Part shown: in pieces, positions 34,612-36,544 of the stretch
How positions within the stretch are numbered: the stretch's first letter is position 1
Layout: each line of letters starts with the position of its first letter
DNA from: Vitrella brassicaformis CCMP3155
Lineage: Eukaryota > Protista > Chromerida
DNA length: 36,544 bases
NCBI GenBank assembly: GCA_001179505.1
Contig: CDMY01000651.1
Location: 1-36,544 of the forward strand
Direction: 5' to 3'
Position numbers and translations under genes: made by a program
The notes under the pieces: generated by a model
Seen by the model: the letters and a program-made list of their open reading frames with translations, nothing else
The model's database searches: none
Told to the model about the DNA's origin: nothing

Positions 34612-36544
34612 ATGAGCTCAGGTTTTCTCTTTCGTCTGTCGTTGCGACTGGGACACTACCTGACTGACCCCGGGTTGTCTCTCTTGTGGCTGCTGCTGGC
34701 TGCTGTGGGCCTCGACCTCTGCAATGGGGCACCCGGCACGCTCATGACTATCAAGGACACTGCTGTGTGGCTCATGAAGCTGGAGATACAGATAGGAGAC
34801 GTCATTATCGACTGGCGGAACGCCCTGGCACTGGCGGTAACTTACGTCACTGTCTGGGTGTTGGCGTCAGAACAGAGGACATGGAGGTTCCTGAAATGGC
34901 TGCACAAGGTCGCGCGAGGCTGCTACGTCACGTGGTGCTTTGCTATGCTGCCTGTCCTGACAAGCTGTGTGGTTGTGCTTATCGTCTATTATGTGGTCCA
35001 TCTGCTGGTTGTTTATGTGGTTGTTTATGTGGGGTACCTACTGACGGCCCTGACGACCATGGTGACGCAGATGACTGCTATGACAACGGCATTCGTCAGC
35101 TATGTGGCATCTTACTTAGGGTGCGCAGCAGCGTTTGTCGTCAACCTGACTATGACAGATATCGTCTATCCGTCTATCGCTACCCTGGCTGTATGGTATC
35201 TCAACCAGAGGGCAACTGGTCTGGGCTACACTAGACTACTCTTGCTCATCGTCTGCGTGATGCTGCCACGAGTGCACGCGCTGCCAATCTCACCAGCCAA
35301 CCTGACACAAAGGGGATGCAGACACACACTCAATGTGCTTGTCAAGCTGCTCGTGCTCACAGGCATCCCTACCTTGCTGGTTGGTCGTTGGGTGTGTGGC
35401 AATGAAGGCGGAAGCGATGACACTAGCTCAAAGATACGTCCATGGGCATTTCCAAGTGAGTTCAAGGCTTACGGGGATGATTTCCAGAAAGTGGAAGACG
35501 CACTTTAAGTCGTGGGCGTCAATCAATGGCTTGGCTGACGTCGTGGCTGATGAGGCGCTCCACGAGAGACCCCAGCTGACACAAGTCGGCAACATGCCTG
35601 TACCACAATACGACGACAACGGCAAGTGGACTGATGCTTACAATCAACAGAACGCAGAGTGGGATCTGCTGAAGCACCAACAGAAGGACGAGATCCACAG
35701 GCGTCATCTCCTTCACGCTGAGCTCTTGTCGGCCTGCAAGGGTAACGACACTGCCTTCAATCTGGTGAAACGCACAGATAGAGGCAGCAGAGGAAGACAA
35801 AGACGGACTGTTAAGCGTGGATGGATGGCTGTCTTGGCGAGCTCTCATGGCTAAGTACAACCAGGTGTCACCCTCTGAGTTGTCGAAGCTGCACACCCTC
35901 ATCCGCACGTATCACTGGAAGGGCGATGCGTCAAACCTCGAGCCAAACCTCGGGTACATTATCGGCAAGTTCGAGCAGCTGAAGTCTCTCGAGGCTCAGC
36001 GCGCCAAGACCGACGAACAGCACAAAAAGCTGGTGTATAGCTTAAACAAAACCGACAAAATAGCCGCCGTCAAGGCCATCCTGCCCAAGCAGGCATACCA
36101 ACAACCGTTGGCCTTCCTCAACCTACAGCAGCAAAACGAAGCAAACAACAACTTCGCTGCGTTTCAGTAGTTGCTGCGCAACGACTGTGACCAGAACCTG
36201 CCAAGGTCTGCACAGAACACAAACACGAGCAGCTCAGCTGCCGGCGCACAGAACGACATTGTCATGACCAACAATGGCGAGTCTGTCATGCCCCCCGTCG
36301 CTCACTCTGCAATGACCCGCGATGAGGTGATGACCAACAGCAACTCCACCAAATGCGACATATGTGGCATGTCGAATCACTCGACTGGGGAGTGCTGGCA
36401 CCTGGGCATAGCTCGGGATGCTGTACGAGCCAATAGAGCCCACACAGGCCGTGGTAGAGGCGGTCAAGGGTCATCCAGAGGGCGGGGCGGACAGAACGGC
36501 AACGGCCGTGGCCATGGTGGTGGACCTAAGAAGGGAAACAACCA
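34612..36544 (+). mobile_element. LTR retrotransposon (probably Copia) gag with N-terminal multi-transmembrane extension; decayed; runs off the window
   Basis: Reconstructed: ~270 aa hydrophobic region, then FKAYGDDFQ/KWKTHFKSWASINGLADVV, DGWLSWRALMAKYN, and the CCHC knuckle CDICGMSNHSTGECW (36354-36395) followed by a GRGRGG-rich tail. Lesions: extra A at ~35488-35490, frameshift near 35815, TAG at 36168. Confidence 0.82.

Noticed and set aside
35480-35500. Programmed ribosomal frameshift between the TM ORF and gag
   Set aside because: No recognisable slippery heptamer, and the element has other random lesions. It cannot be excluded without more copies.

Overview
Intron-rich, GC-rich eukaryotic genomic DNA. 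The short introns with GT/CA-repeat tracts suggest a chromerid alga such as Vitrella brassicaformis (inference, not verified). Most of the window looks like a graveyard of damaged genes and transposon debris. Host-type genes with visible stops or frameshifts: fasciclin (FAS1), ankyrin repeat, M14 zinc carboxypeptidase, a membrane-anchored RTX-repeat protein, and an LRR/SEA-like/tandem-GAF mosaic. An apparently 5'-truncated MRS2/CorA Mg2+ transporter and a SET-domain fragment are also present. Mobile DNA: two fragments of CRE-like non-LTR retrotransposons, a decayed Copia pol region, and the 5' end of a second LTR element whose Gag is preceded by a long multi-pass transmembrane region. A palindrome-rich ~60-bp satellite occurs in several arrays, twice as inverted arms bounded by GT..AG. 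One large gene looks intact (23795-26192, minus strand): a Crinkler/RHS-like P-loop NTPase plus PD-(D/E)xK nuclease with a signal-peptide and transit-peptide-like leader. All domain calls come from manual motif recognition; no database search was run.
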